This document shows, in pieces, positions 17,674-27,743 of a DNA stretch of 64,000 nucleotides (within the stretch, counting starts at the first letter, position 1; every line of letters begins with the position of its first letter). The notes under the pieces were generated by a model that was given only the letters and a program-made list of their open reading frames with translations, ran no database searches and was not told the origin of the DNA. The DNA is from a virus (taxonomy: Duplodnaviria > Caudoviricetes): the IMG/VR virus record IMGVR_UViG_3300037067_017580, positions 12,860 to 76,859 of that record; one strand, written 5' to 3'. The position numbers and the translations under genes are program-made.

Positions 17674-18109
17674 AATCTTCTTCATCTCCTTCTGGCTTAT
17701 TTTTTTCAAAATAATCTTCAATTTTTAGAATTATAGTATCAGGGATAGATGCTTTTCTAAGTTTTTCTTGCCAACCAATAATCGGAGAATCTCCACCTCT
17801 GTCTTCTTCTCCGATATAAAAATTAGGGGGATTAGAGTATACTCTTACTCCATCAATTATAATACTTGTCCAAACATATAGAGGGTCATCACTATAAAGT
17901 CTACTCCCATGTTCAATTTCTACATTATTAACTTTATTATTGATTTTTGTAGAACAAAATCTAATTGTGTCTCTATCTCTATATCTTTTAATGTCTGGAT
18001 AATCTCCTTGGATTAGATTCAAAAGAACCTCATATTCTTTTGCTTTTTCAAGTGCTTCTTTTTTTCTCATATCAATATAAAATTCTTCGTTATTCATAAT
18101 TTTCTCCAA
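17666..18109 (-). CDS. Hypothetical protein
   Basis: Tiling ORF. Confidence 0.6.
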   Translation of the reverse strand: MEKIMNNEEFYIDMRKKEALEKAKEYEVLLNLIQGDYPDIKRYRDRDTIRFCSTKINNKVNNVEIEHGSRLYSDDPLYVWTSIIIDGVRVYSNPPNFYIGEEDRGGDSPIIGWQEKLRKASIPDTIILKIEDYFEKNKPEGDEEDYD

Positions 18110-18396
18110 ATAGTTCCATCTTTTGTGTCGTGTATTTTTATTCCGGCACTTAATAAATCTTCTCTTATAGAATCTGCGATGATATATTGTTTTTGTTCTT
18201 TGGCTATTTTTCTTATATCAACTAATGTATCTATAATATTATTTATATTATCTTTTTTTAAACCAGTTGATTCACAACAGTGTTCGGCAACAGAATATCC
18301 ATAGCGTATAAAAATATATAACAAACACTCTTTGTCTACTGCTCTATATTCTAAAAATTTATAAATAATATTTACTATATTTTTATTATATGCCAT
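18094..18396 (-). CDS. Protein with CysRS C-terminal anticodon-binding-like domain
   Basis: IRKIAKEQKQYIIADSIREDLLSAGIKIHDTKDGTIWR matches the CysS tail pattern R..AR..K....AD.IR..L...GI...D...GT.W. Confidence 0.7.
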   Translation of the reverse strand: MAYNKNIVNIIYKFLEYRAVDKECLLYIFIRYGYSVAEHCCESTGLKKDNINNIIDTLVDIRKIAKEQKQYIIADSIREDLLSAGIKIHDTKDGTIWRKL

Positions 18397-18498
18397 TATT
18401 TCTCTTTAAATAATTTAAATTTTTATTAATAAAATTAATTTTAAAAATAAGCTCTAAACACTTAATAAATAATAAATTATAATATAATTTAAACATTT

Positions 18499-18702
18499 TT
18501 ATAACCACTTCTTACACGATAGACAATAATGTTGATATATTTGTTCGCTATAGTTCCAGCCCAAAGGAGCTTTTCCACCACAGATATAACAAATATCTGC
18601 TTTAACTAAAAGAAACTTTTTAAGTTTAAAAATTTCCATGTCTTTTAGCTCACATTGGCATTTTAAAAATTTTAATATTAGTTTTTTTATCAGCCGAACC
18701 AT
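18499..18702 (-). CDS. Small Cys-rich protein
   Basis: CYICGG, CLSC. Confidence 0.45.
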   Translation of the reverse strand: MVRLIKKLILKFLKCQCELKDMEIFKLKKFLLVKADICYICGGKAPLGWNYSEQIYQHYCLSCKKWL

Positions 18703-19004
18703 TTTTTAATTCCTTGATTTAAATAGCTATCTGAATCCACAATATAAAAATTAGGATCAGGAATCTTTTTAGCTCTTTTTTCTCTAATTATTTTGCGTGC
18801 CTGTATGCGCTTATTTTTTCTTTTATCTTGTTTTTTAGAAAAAGAACCATTAATAAGCATAGAATTATTTATAATAATATCGTATCCAGAAAAATAAGAA
18901 GACAAACTACAAGACTCGCCAATCAATCCTTCTGCTCTTGCTTGGGTAATTAATTTATTTATTGTTTGAGAATGCCCAACTATTTGTTTCATATTTTTAT
19001 CCAC
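18690..19004 (-). CDS. Hypothetical basic protein
   Basis: Tiling ORF. Confidence 0.5.
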   Translation of the reverse strand: MDKNMKQIVGHSQTINKLITQARAEGLIGESCSLSSYFSGYDIIINNSMLINGSFSKKQDKRKNKRIQARKIIREKRAKKIPDPNFYIVDSDSYLNQGIKKWFG

Positions 19005-19753
19005 CTTTCAGGGACAATATCTGTTTTAGCCCCATCGGCGTACCATTTTCCGGGACAAATAACCACGGCATTTTTATTCTTATTCAGCCATGCCCCCCAC
19101 CAAGAAAATGTAGAATTTGCTATAATATGAGCGTCACACATTGACATTTGTATAACTTCTACATAATCCGGCTTATTTTCTGCAAAGGTAAAGGTATAAT
19201 TACCAAAATTAAAGTTTTCTTTACACCATTTTACGTCATTAGAAAAAACAAGAAATGATTTGATGTTTGTTTTTGAATTTACTATTTCTATTGCCTTTTT
19301 ATAGTATTCCAGAGATAAGCAACCGTGCCGTTTGATATTTACCGGACTAAGATAGTCGCCACGGCGGACATGAAGACTGCAACAATGTTGACTTGGCATT
19401 ATTAATGATCTTTTTACATCTAAATCAAGTCTAAAATCTTCATATATTGAGTTTTTGATGTGTTTAAAATAGTTTTCATTTTGAAAATAACCGTAAATTC
19501 TTTCTCCGTCTTTGATATTAAAAAACTTATCGTTATACATCAGCCCGATGTCTTGAAGTCTATTTTTAGGAGTTTCAAACTCTCCTTTATAATCTCTAAG
19601 TTTAAAACTGGGCAAACTATATGGATGGAGATAATCTCTTGAGTTGCTTAAAATAAGAGCCAATTCTGTGTTGTGACTTTGTGCCAAGGCAAGTCCAGCG
19701 GCATATTGGAACATTTGGTTGCCAAGCCCGCCACAAATATCAACATAAATCAT
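18989..19753 (-). CDS. GT11 alpha-1,2-fucosyltransferase-like protein
   Basis: GGLGNQMFQYA, GYFQNE, HVRRGDY, FSND..WC, ANSTFSWWGAWL. Confidence 0.92.
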   Translation of the reverse strand: MIYVDICGGLGNQMFQYAAGLALAQSHNTELALILSNSRDYLHPYSLPSFKLRDYKGEFETPKNRLQDIGLMYNDKFFNIKDGERIYGYFQNENYFKHIKNSIYEDFRLDLDVKRSLIMPSQHCCSLHVRRGDYLSPVNIKRHGCLSLEYYKKAIEIVNSKTNIKSFLVFSNDVKWCKENFNFGNYTFTFAENKPDYVEVIQMSMCDAHIIANSTFSWWGAWLNKNKNAVVICPGKWYADGAKTDIVPERWIKI

Positions 19754-20223
19754 TTTAATTCTCCAATATTTTTAATAATTTCTACTATTTCTTCTCTAGT
19801 TTCTTTATTTATAAACATTTTATTTTTGTTTTTTTCATAAAACTTATCATAATCGGCCACTCCATATCTTGTTTTTTCAGCCGCGCACCAATCTGCCATC
19901 ATTTCTAGTAAATACTTTTTAGGAATTTTTAATGGAAAAAAATCTCCATTATCAAAATACATTATCCAATATTGCCAATGATGTTTATTGTTTCTTTGGT
20001 GCTCTAACCAGCCATAATTATCTACTTCTTTTGATTCTTCTTTCCTTTTATCTTTGGTATAAAAAGTTTTTATGTAATACAAATATTCTGTCAGACTAAA
20101 TATTTTACTTAAATCATGTAGAATAATATTTATTATTGGAACTTTAAAAATAATTCCATAATGAAAAACATAATATTTATGAATAATTAAATATTTTATA
20201 AAATTAATAACTTTTTTAAACAT
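19750..20223 (-). CDS. DUF5662-like HD-related phage protein
   Basis: HK..V...HDLSK, H...NKHHWQYW, EMMADW. Confidence 0.75.
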   Translation of the reverse strand: MFKKVINFIKYLIIHKYYVFHYGIIFKVPIINIILHDLSKIFSLTEYLYYIKTFYTKDKRKEESKEVDNYGWLEHQRNNKHHWQYWIMYFDNGDFFPLKIPKKYLLEMMADWCAAEKTRYGVADYDKFYEKNKNKMFINKETREEIVEIIKNIGELK

Positions 20224-20450
20224 TCTTTTCCCATTTTAATATTTCTTCATATTTAAGATTTTTATAATTTTTAAACCAACATGTCATTTTTGCTTGCTCT
20301 TATCGAAGGTTTTAACAAATAAAATTCCACTTGATGCCACTTCTTCTATCTTTTTAGCCGCATCTAGTCCATATCTGTTGTGATCTGAAAGCTCTTTAAT
20401 TGCAATAAATAGATTTAATAGTTCCTGTGTTTCTTTTGTCATTGTCTCTC

Positions 20451-21719
20451 CTAAGAAGATAGTTTGTCGGCTAAATCAATCAATATGTCTCGAAAATAAT
20501 TAAATATTTCAAAATTAACTCCATTTTTGTCACATCCCCACGAAAATGGAGAACATGAAAAATAAAATCCACCATCATTGATTAAATTTGTAGTTGGTAA
20601 ATTAAACTCTGTTTTGCAATATTTCTTAAAAAATGGCTGTTTTGTTATATTACCCGAAATAATTGGCCTAGTTTGTATCCCTTTTTCTTCTAATTCTTTT
20701 ACTGTTTCGTTTTTAACTCTTTCGCTTTTACAAACAATAGGAAAACAAAACGCAGAAATATCTAATTTTCTATTAATATATTGTTCATAAAATTTAGGAT
20801 ATATAAATTCGGTAAAGCGATATGGAATACTTTGGCTCATAAACTCATAAAAAACACCATTTCTATCGCTAATTGTCTCGTCTATTATTTTAAGTTGTTC
20901 CTGACACAAAAATGCCGTAATCTCTGTTGGGCGAAGGTTAAATCCGATATCGAAGAAAGTAAAATCTGTTTCATCTGGATCTATTTTAGCACAAGAACAT
21001 AATTTGTCAAGTGTTTTTTTATCTAAATCACGCCCCCAGCCATTAGAACGGACAATTTTTAACATATCATAGAGCTTTTTATCACCGGTCAGAACCGCCC
21101 CGCCCTCAATTGTGCTCATTTGGTGAGAAACATAAAAAGAAAGTGTACCTGCCAATCCAAAAGTACCTAAATATTTGTTATTATATTTCGCGCCAAGGCT
21201 TTCACAGTTATCTTCTAGCAAAATAATATCATTTTCAGAACAAAACTTGGCTATTTGTTCGATATCGTTACACACACCAAGCGCATTTGTAATAAAAAGA
21301 ACCTTGAATCCATATTTATTATAAGCGGCTCTTATGGCACCAACCCCTATATTAAAACTAAACGGCTCACAATCAATCGCAATAGGGTTCAAATCCATTT
21401 GGATAATAGGAGATACATTGGTAGACCAAGTTAGAGAAGAAAAGCCTACGTTGTCACCAGATTTGATTTTTCCAAGGTTTTTTAACGCCTGTAAGAGCGC
21501 AAAATTGGCTGAACCACCACTATTGAACAAAACAGCATGTTTTGAACCAAACTTTTTAGACAAAGCCGCCTCGCATTTTATACATTCTCCGTTCATGCTT
21601 AGACGGTCTGTATTTTTAATAAATTCAGCAAGTTTTTCACGTAAATCAACTTTGCTTTCAAATGTATCATAGACAAGAGGTATCTTATATTTATTTGACA
21701 TTTTTATTTTTTTTACCAT
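20451..21719 (-). CDS. DegT/DnrJ/EryC1/StrS-fold PLP enzyme, ColD/E1-type (His replaces the catalytic Lys)
   Basis: NSGGSAN, LTWST, EDNCES, SFYVSHQMSTIEGG, TRPIISGN. Confidence 0.85.
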   Translation of the reverse strand: MVKKIKMSNKYKIPLVYDTFESKVDLREKLAEFIKNTDRLSMNGECIKCEAALSKKFGSKHAVLFNSGGSANFALLQALKNLGKIKSGDNVGFSSLTWSTNVSPIIQMDLNPIAIDCEPFSFNIGVGAIRAAYNKYGFKVLFITNALGVCNDIEQIAKFCSENDIILLEDNCESLGAKYNNKYLGTFGLAGTLSFYVSHQMSTIEGGAVLTGDKKLYDMLKIVRSNGWGRDLDKKTLDKLCSCAKIDPDETDFTFFDIGFNLRPTEITAFLCQEQLKIIDETISDRNGVFYEFMSQSIPYRFTEFIYPKFYEQYINRKLDISAFCFPIVCKSERVKNETVKELEEKGIQTRPIISGNITKQPFFKKYCKTEFNLPTTNLINDGGFYFSCSPFSWGCDKNGVNFEIFNYFRDILIDLADKLSS

Positions 21720-21726
21720 ATTTGGT

Positions 21727-22698
21727 TTATTTATTTTTCATGCTAACAATAATTTTTTGCAGTGCTTCATCAAGTGAAGTTTCTGGATGATATCCTATTG
21801 TGTTTAATAGTCGCGAAACATCTGGATATCTTCTTTCAATGTCTTTAAAGTTCTCTCCATATGCTTCTTTATAGCCCTTGTAAACGATAGAAGAAGAGCT
21901 ATTTGTTAAAAGCTTTATTTTTTTAGCCAAGTCGTTTATAGATATTTCATTGGTAGATCCAATATTAAAAACTTGTCCATGCGCCTTATTAGAACATGCA
22001 AGAAGATATAGGCTATTTGCGACATCTTTGACATATGTAAAGCAGCGTTTTTGTTCTCCTGTCCCAAAAACAGTAATAGGCTCTCCAGCCAAAGCTTGTT
22101 TAATAAGAGTTGGAACAACCATTCCGTATGATCCTGCTTGACGCTCTCCAATAGTATTAAATAACCGCACAATCGTTACTGGCAATTTCTTTTCATAAAA
22201 ATAGGCTAATCCATGAAATTCGTCAAGTAGTTTACTAGCAGAATAACACCAGCGGCGATAACTAGTGGGGCCAATCATACATATATCGTCTTCTGAAAAA
22301 ACCAAATTAGGATTCGCTCCATATACTTCGCTGGAAGACGCAATAATAACTCTTGCTTTGTTTTTCAATGCCGACCGTAAAATGTTCCTAGTCGCTTCGT
22401 GATTAACTTCAATGGTATTAATAGGTTCATCCATCACCTTTTTAACTCCAACGAGGGCGGCAAGATGATAAATTACTTGAATATTTTCTGCTAATTTTTC
22501 TACTAAACTATAATCAGTAGCGTCACCCTCTATGAGAGTAAATTTGTTGTTAGAAACAAGATGAGAAACATTGTCTCGTTTTCCAGTGGAAAAATTATCT
22601 AATGCCGTAACAGAACAATTATTATTAAGAAGCAATTCACACAGATGACTACCAATAAATCCAGCACCACCAGTAACTAGAACATTAGTTTTTGCCAT
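21727..22698 (-). CDS. NAD-dependent nucleotide-sugar epimerase/dehydratase (SDR)
   Basis: TGGAGFIGSHL, ASSSEVYG, YSASK, RCFTYV. Confidence 0.92.
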   Translation of the reverse strand: MAKTNVLVTGGAGFIGSHLCELLLNNNCSVTALDNFSTGKRDNVSHLVSNNKFTLIEGDATDYSLVEKLAENIQVIYHLAALVGVKKVMDEPINTIEVNHEATRNILRSALKNKARVIIASSSEVYGANPNLVFSEDDICMIGPTSYRRWCYSASKLLDEFHGLAYFYEKKLPVTIVRLFNTIGERQAGSYGMVVPTLIKQALAGEPITVFGTGEQKRCFTYVKDVANSLYLLACSNKAHGQVFNIGSTNEISINDLAKKIKLLTNSSSSIVYKGYKEAYGENFKDIERRYPDVSRLLNTIGYHPETSLDEALQKIIVSMKNK

Positions 22699-22716
22699 TA
22701 TTCTATCCTTTTAAAA

Positions 22717-22956
22717 TTATATTTGTTTGATTTCTTCAATAAGAATATTAAGATCATTTTTCTTTTTTTCTACCAATAAGTCAAATATCCTGTAATACAT
22801 AGTATCTTTTTCATCTATATGATAGATATTATTTTCTATTTCTATATTTAAAAGAGCAAATACAGATCTTTTTTCTTTGATATTAAATATTTGTTTTTCT
22901 AATTCTAGTGCTTCAGCAAATAAAGAATGTATTTTTTCAGCTTTTTCCATATCCAT
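22717..22956 (-). CDS. Hypothetical protein
   Basis: Tiling ORF. Confidence 0.5.
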   Translation of the reverse strand: MDMEKAEKIHSLFAEALELEKQIFNIKEKRSVFALLNIEIENNIYHIDEKDTMYYRIFDLLVEKKKNDLNILIEEIKQI

Positions 22957-23098
22957 TAGAATTCAACCCCAAATTTAATGCCAACCAAATTATTATCTAA
23001 TATTAAGTCTGGCTTAACGCATCTATTTTTACCAATAATACTACAAGAACTACACAATACCAAAAAAATCATCATTATAATAACCAAACAAAATTTAA

Positions 23099-23569
23099 TC
23101 ATTTTTTATCCTTATATAATTTATACCAATTTTCAATTTTATATTTAATAACAGCATTATTATTTTCAAACATTTCTTCAAATTTTTCTGTATTTGGTGA
23201 TTTCCCATCAATTTCCATAAGTGCAAAAATAGATTTCCAAAGTATTTCTAATTTTTCTTCTTTATTTAGTTTATTTTCCCATATAGTATTTATTGATGTG
23301 GATCTTCCTGCAACTATCTCCATCATTTTATCTAGTGCTTCTTGATACCACGGCTGTATTTTTATATAAAAAATACCATTTTGTGAACAAGAACACATAT
23401 TGTACACATCAAAATAATATTTTTTATTGTAATTAAAATAAATAGTTCCATCTTTAAAAACAATAGAAAATTTATCATGTGGCTGAAGAATAAGTTGAGT
23501 ATCTTTGTCATAAACAATATCTTCTCGGTTACTATATTCTTCTATCTGTTGAGGAGTAAATTTTAACAT
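23099..23569 (-). CDS. Hypothetical protein
   Basis: Tiling ORF. Confidence 0.55.
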   Translation of the reverse strand: MLKFTPQQIEEYSNREDIVYDKDTQLILQPHDKFSIVFKDGTIYFNYNKKYYFDVYNMCSCSQNGIFYIKIQPWYQEALDKMMEIVAGRSTSINTIWENKLNKEEKLEILWKSIFALMEIDGKSPNTEKFEEMFENNNAVIKYKIENWYKLYKDKK

Positions 23570-24285
23570 AATTTCCTTATTTCCTCCGCATTTTTATGAA
23601 CATGTAATATTCTATTATCCGAATACAATCCATAACGGGCGAAATCTTTCTCCGGGCAACAATAATTTGACCCCAAAATTCTTGGTTTATGATATACAAA
23701 ATACCAATTTATTTGAGATTCGTCAAACCATTTTGTGTTAATTCCACGCGAATAATCAAATTCTGTTTGTTCTTTAAGAACTTTACACATCTCTAATACT
23801 TTTTCAGTTTCCCCACCCCAAAAACAACCCTGATAATAACAATCTAATTTTATTTCTTGTGGAATATATGCAGTAGAATTAGGATTTTCTTCAACATCTC
23901 CTCTTGGCCCCATAAATTTCTCCCAAGCAGGATGCTTAACCCCTACAAGTCCGGAACTAGTATCAGGCCAAATATTTGCAAGCGAAAAAGAATCGCATAA
24001 TAACATGTCGGCATCTATAAAATAAAGATAGTCATATTGAGAGAAATAGTCATTTTGTGACAGTATGTGCTCAAATTTACAAGCGGAAGATTGCGGCCAC
24101 GGACGATGGTCTACTTTAAAATATTTTACCCATTCAAATTCTTTTGTTTTGTCTTCATTGTTGGTAAAAACAATAACATCTGCGCCACTATAAAAATATT
24201 TCTTAATAGATTCGGCCAAGTTTTGTGCTAATATAAAATATTTGTTTGTGGCAACGGTTACAAAACATACATTATTTTTTGTCAT
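23563..24285 (-). CDS. GT6 glycosyltransferase (ABO/alpha-1,3-Gal(NAc) transferase family)
   Basis: VATNKY, IDADM (DxD), YYQGCFWGG, WFDESQIN. Confidence 0.88.
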   Translation of the reverse strand: MTKNNVCFVTVATNKYFILAQNLAESIKKYFYSGADVIVFTNNEDKTKEFEWVKYFKVDHRPWPQSSACKFEHILSQNDYFSQYDYLYFIDADMLLCDSFSLANIWPDTSSGLVGVKHPAWEKFMGPRGDVEENPNSTAYIPQEIKLDCYYQGCFWGGETEKVLEMCKVLKEQTEFDYSRGINTKWFDESQINWYFVYHKPRILGSNYCCPEKDFARYGLYSDNRILHVHKNAEEIRKLC

Positions 24286-24673
24286 ACTCTACTTCTTTAA
24301 TCTCCTCAAAATCCACTTCTTCTGAATAATACCCATTTGATGTCCCATACCAGCGGATAGTTAAAGAGCCTTTAATTGTGTTTATATTATAGAATGTCCA
24401 TGTATAGCTTTCAGATTCATAATCTCTAGGATGAGAATTATCTTTATTGCTATTTTTATATGCAGTCAATATAGGAGTTTCCAAAATATTTTCAACATCG
24501 CCGCAAATATCTTCTACCGAAACAGACTCGCAACAATCTTGGCAATGCCACATTAAATACTTTTTGCCACACTTAGTATAAAATGTTATTCTTTCGGAGT
24601 CTTTTTCTGCGCCCTCTATTTTTGTAATTATTTTTCCTTCTAGTACAGAAAATCCGTCTTCAAAACTATTCAT
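24272..24673 (-). CDS. Conserved phage protein
   Basis: HCQDCCESV...TWTFY...IRWYGTSNGYYSE pattern familiar from phage genomes. Confidence 0.7.
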   Translation of the reverse strand: MNSFEDGFSVLEGKIITKIEGAEKDSERITFYTKCGKKYLMWHCQDCCESVSVEDICGDVENILETPILTAYKNSNKDNSHPRDYESESYTWTFYNINTIKGSLTIRWYGTSNGYYSEEVDFEEIKEVEYDKK

Positions 24674-25287
24674 TTTATATCCTTATCAATTTTTCCAGTA
24701 GAACGATAACAAGAAGTAATATTTGACATATCCCGGTATAAAGATTGTGTCCCGATACTTGTGCCAGTAGCATAACCCTGTGTAAAACAACCACTCATTC
24801 CGATGTTGTTCGCCTCTGAAAATGCAGTTTCGTTTGCCCCAAGAAAGACAAATTCCCACCCTTGTTCTTTCTTTTCTTTAATTTTATCAACAATTTGTTG
24901 CTTTTTATACTCTTTTGAAGAATTTTCTTGGCCATCTGTGGCAATAACCATAAGAATTTTTTGTTTAACTTTTCCCTTTTTATCCAATTCAATACCCTTT
25001 GAAACTTCGTCAATTGATTTTCCAACAGCATCTAACAACGCAGTACATCCACCCGGACAATATGTTTTATTATCCAACTTATCTATAGTTTTAATATCTT
25101 TTGATTTATTAATAATTTCATAATTGGTATCAAAAAGAGTCAAAGTTAAATTAGCAATATCTTTTAGTTTCTTTTGCTCGTCAATAAAATTATTAAATCC
25201 ACCAATAACATCATCTTTTACACAGTCCATAGAACCAGACTTGTCAATAACACAAATAATTTCTGTAACTTTTTCTTTCTTAGCCAT
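24670..25287 (-). CDS. vWA domain protein
   Basis: MIDAS DKSGSM, TALLDA, IATDGQENSS, FLGAN. Confidence 0.88.
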   Translation of the reverse strand: MAKKEKVTEIICVIDKSGSMDCVKDDVIGGFNNFIDEQKKLKDIANLTLTLFDTNYEIINKSKDIKTIDKLDNKTYCPGGCTALLDAVGKSIDEVSKGIELDKKGKVKQKILMVIATDGQENSSKEYKKQQIVDKIKEKKEQGWEFVFLGANETAFSEANNIGMSGCFTQGYATGTSIGTQSLYRDMSNITSCYRSTGKIDKDIK

Positions 25288-25291
25288 TTTT

Positions 25292-25552
25292 TTATTCTCC
25301 TCTTAAAGAAAAACCAATAAGTTCATTACTATCATTTTCCACTATTTGAATTGTGTCTTTTAAATTAGAAAAACGAATAAGGCCATTTAAAACACCAATA
25401 ATGCCAACCTTGTCGTCTTCTGTCACAATAACAAAATCATCTTCTATAAATTTTTTACCACATGAAACTCTTGAATTAATTAAATTTTCAATAACTTTTT
25501 TGTCTTTTTGAAAAAGATAATTTAAAAAATCACAAATTATTTTTGCATCCAT
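25292..25552 (-). CDS. Hypothetical phage protein
   Basis: Tiling ORF; VGIIGVLNG. Confidence 0.55.
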   Translation of the reverse strand: MDAKIICDFLNYLFQKDKKVIENLINSRVSCGKKFIEDDFVIVTEDDKVGIIGVLNGLIRFSNLKDTIQIVENDSNELIGFSLRGE

Positions 25553-25554
25553 CT

Positions 25555-25938
25555 CTATTCTCCATTTTTAAAATTTTTATAATTTAATAAATTAAATACG
25601 TTATAATGACTATCTTTAAATTTTTTATCAAGTTCTTTCATATAATCATAAAAGAAAATAGACATCTCGTTTTCTTCAATTTTTTCATTTTTAAATAAAA
25701 AGAAATTATCGCAATTTATTTTTATTGTTTCAGAAGTATAAGAACAACATAAATACTTTTTTTTATCAAACATAACAAAATCAAAAATTTGATCATATTT
25801 ACTAATAATTTCTAAGTGTATATGTTGTATATTATTATCTTCTATAAAATATTCACCATCAAAACAATAATTATAATATTTAAAACTTTTTATAATTTTA
25901 TTTAAAAGTAAATAGTTAAAATCAATATCTTTATCCAT
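25555..25938 (-). CDS. Hypothetical protein
   Basis: Tiling ORF. Confidence 0.5.
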   Translation of the reverse strand: MDKDIDFNYLLLNKIIKSFKYYNYCFDGEYFIEDNNIQHIHLEIISKYDQIFDFVMFDKKKYLCCSYTSETIKINCDNFFLFKNEKIEENEMSIFFYDYMKELDKKFKDSHYNVFNLLNYKNFKNGE

Positions 25939-26707
25939 TTTTGTTTTCCATTAAATTTTTAACTGCCCCAATAATATTCTTAATATCTTCAACACTACCA
26001 TATAAACCAGCACACGAAAAAGAATTTATCTCAACCAGACCATATTTAACCTCTTTATCGTCATTTATTTGTGCAATGTCAATAGTCCAACACTTATCTG
26101 GTTCATATCCTTCTGCGATAATTTTCTCTCCTAGTTCCTTAACTTCTGGTGGCATTATAGTATAATCTAGGTTGGTTGTCAAGTCACAATATATTTGTCC
26201 TGAAATTATTTTTTTATCCACTACAACAAGTCGCCATTCCCGCCGAAGATCGACTATATCCATCCCCACGACTAGCTCATATGGATTTTCATAGCAGTCT
26301 ATAATCTCTTGATAGTCGTTTTCTGTTCTGCAAATATGACCCGTGAATACTTTATCTCCGTCATTTGGACGAATAAATATCTCTTTATTTGTATTGTTTT
26401 TTAAATTAATTGCAGAAGTTATCCCCCATTTGTCGGTTAAAAGATACTTAGCCAAATATGGATAATATTCAGAACACTTAAAACTTTTAAAACCACAAAA
26501 AACAGTGTGGAAAGTTTCTGCCTGAACAATTTTTGCCAGTTTTAAAGAACCAAGAAAAACGACATCAGAATCCCAAATATCGTATGGATCAAATGTATCA
26601 AAACTTTCTTTGGAAATTCCCTTGTATTCACAGCCGCACTCAATAATTGCCTGTTTTAGCTCTTCTTTATCACACAACATGTCTTCTTCAACAAGAAATT
26701 TAATCAC
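25931..26707 (-). CDS. ATP-grasp domain protein (DUF4343/R2K-like)
   Basis: IFIRP..GDKVFTG, EWRLVVV, WTIDIA, LVEINSFS.AGLY. Confidence 0.8.
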   Translation of the reverse strand: MIKFLVEEDMLCDKEELKQAIIECGCEYKGISKESFDTFDPYDIWDSDVVFLGSLKLAKIVQAETFHTVFCGFKSFKCSEYYPYLAKYLLTDKWGITSAINLKNNTNKEIFIRPNDGDKVFTGHICRTENDYQEIIDCYENPYELVVGMDIVDLRREWRLVVVDKKIISGQIYCDLTTNLDYTIMPPEVKELGEKIIAEGYEPDKCWTIDIAQINDDKEVKYGLVEINSFSCAGLYGSVEDIKNIIGAVKNLMENKNG

Positions 26708-26924
26708 AATTATGCTTATCCTCTGCTAAAATATAAAATTTTGTTAATACCTGTTCTTCTTCTTTAGTTAAACCAAACACACTTTCAAAAATTTTATATG
26801 CATCTTTTGAAACTAACAAAAACTCTTCTAATCTCGTGATTGCAGAAAAAATATCATCATTTTGCATATTTATATTCAATTTTTTTAAATTTTTAATTAT
26901 ATTTCTTGTTTTATAGTTAATCAT
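26700..26924 (-). CDS. Hypothetical protein
   Basis: Tiling ORF. Confidence 0.45.
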   Translation of the reverse strand: MINYKTRNIIKNLKKLNINMQNDDIFSAITRLEEFLLVSKDAYKIFESVFGLTKEEEQVLTKFYILAEDKHNCD

Positions 26925-27166
26925 TTTTTCTTCCCAAAATAATATTTATCGTAACTATTTTCTTTTTCTTCTTCATCCCCAGCCATAATGCATTCAGGAA
27001 GTCTTAATATCTGTCCATCGTCAGTTTCAAACAATATTTTACCCTCTCCGTCAGGTGAATCAAAAATAGAACAATGTGGATAGAAGCTACTTCCATTATA
27101 ATATTTTTTCTTGCATTTTCCACAAGTTTTTTTGCCACAATTGATTTTAATTTTTAATTCAGCCAT
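26921..27166 (-). CDS. Small Cys-rich protein
   Basis: CGKKTCGKC...RLPEC. Confidence 0.55.
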   Translation of the reverse strand: MAELKIKINCGKKTCGKCKKKYYNGSSFYPHCSIFDSPDGEGKILFETDDGQILRLPECIMAGDEEEKENSYDKYYFGKKK

Positions 27167-27457
27167 TTAAAATTTATCTCCTATGATTCCTTCCCACTCA
27201 GCTAACATTTCTTCTTCGCTAGGCCAATTTATTCCACAACTTTTGCATTGGTCGTGCAAACAAGCATCAAAACAACCGTCTTCTTCTCCGTTATAAAACT
27301 CGCTATCATCAAATAAGTGACAATCTCCGCAATTAAACTTGTTTTTAAACCAAAATGGACAAATATCTCCATTCTCTGGCGAATAACAATATATTCCAGA
27401 AGGGATTTGATTTATTTGTTCTTTTGTAAGATTTATCATTTTTAAATATACTTCCAT
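27167..27457 (-). CDS. Small Cys-rich protein
   Basis: IPSGIYCY...CPFW...DQCKSCGIN. Confidence 0.6.
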   Translation of the reverse strand: MEVYLKMINLTKEQINQIPSGIYCYSPENGDICPFWFKNKFNCGDCHLFDDSEFYNGEEDGCFDACLHDQCKSCGINWPSEEEMLAEWEGIIGDKF

Positions 27458-27729
27458 TCATTTTTAATTTCTTCATTAATTTTTTCATTATCAGAACGTT
27501 CTTGAATAGTCAACTTTTCATCGCCCTTTGACCAAACACTATTTCTTTTATTGCCGCACATCGGGCAAGAGCACGATTGCAAATGATCGTAATTATAGCT
27601 AGCCCATTCTTCTATATTTTCTTCTTTAATTCCAAACCCATAACGGCCAATTTTCTTTGCTTTGTTTCTTTTCTTGTGCTTTTGACCACGACGACGCGCT
27701 CTTTTTGCTTTTTCTTCTGGACTCGACAC
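27442..27729 (-). CDS. Basic Cys-containing hypothetical protein
   Basis: CSCPMCGNKR motif. Confidence 0.6.
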   Translation of the reverse strand: MSSPEEKAKRARRRGQKHKKRNKAKKIGRYGFGIKEENIEEWASYNYDHLQSCSCPMCGNKRNSVWSKGDEKLTIQERSDNEKINEEIKNEWKYI

Positions 27730-27743
27730 TTTAAAAACCTTTC

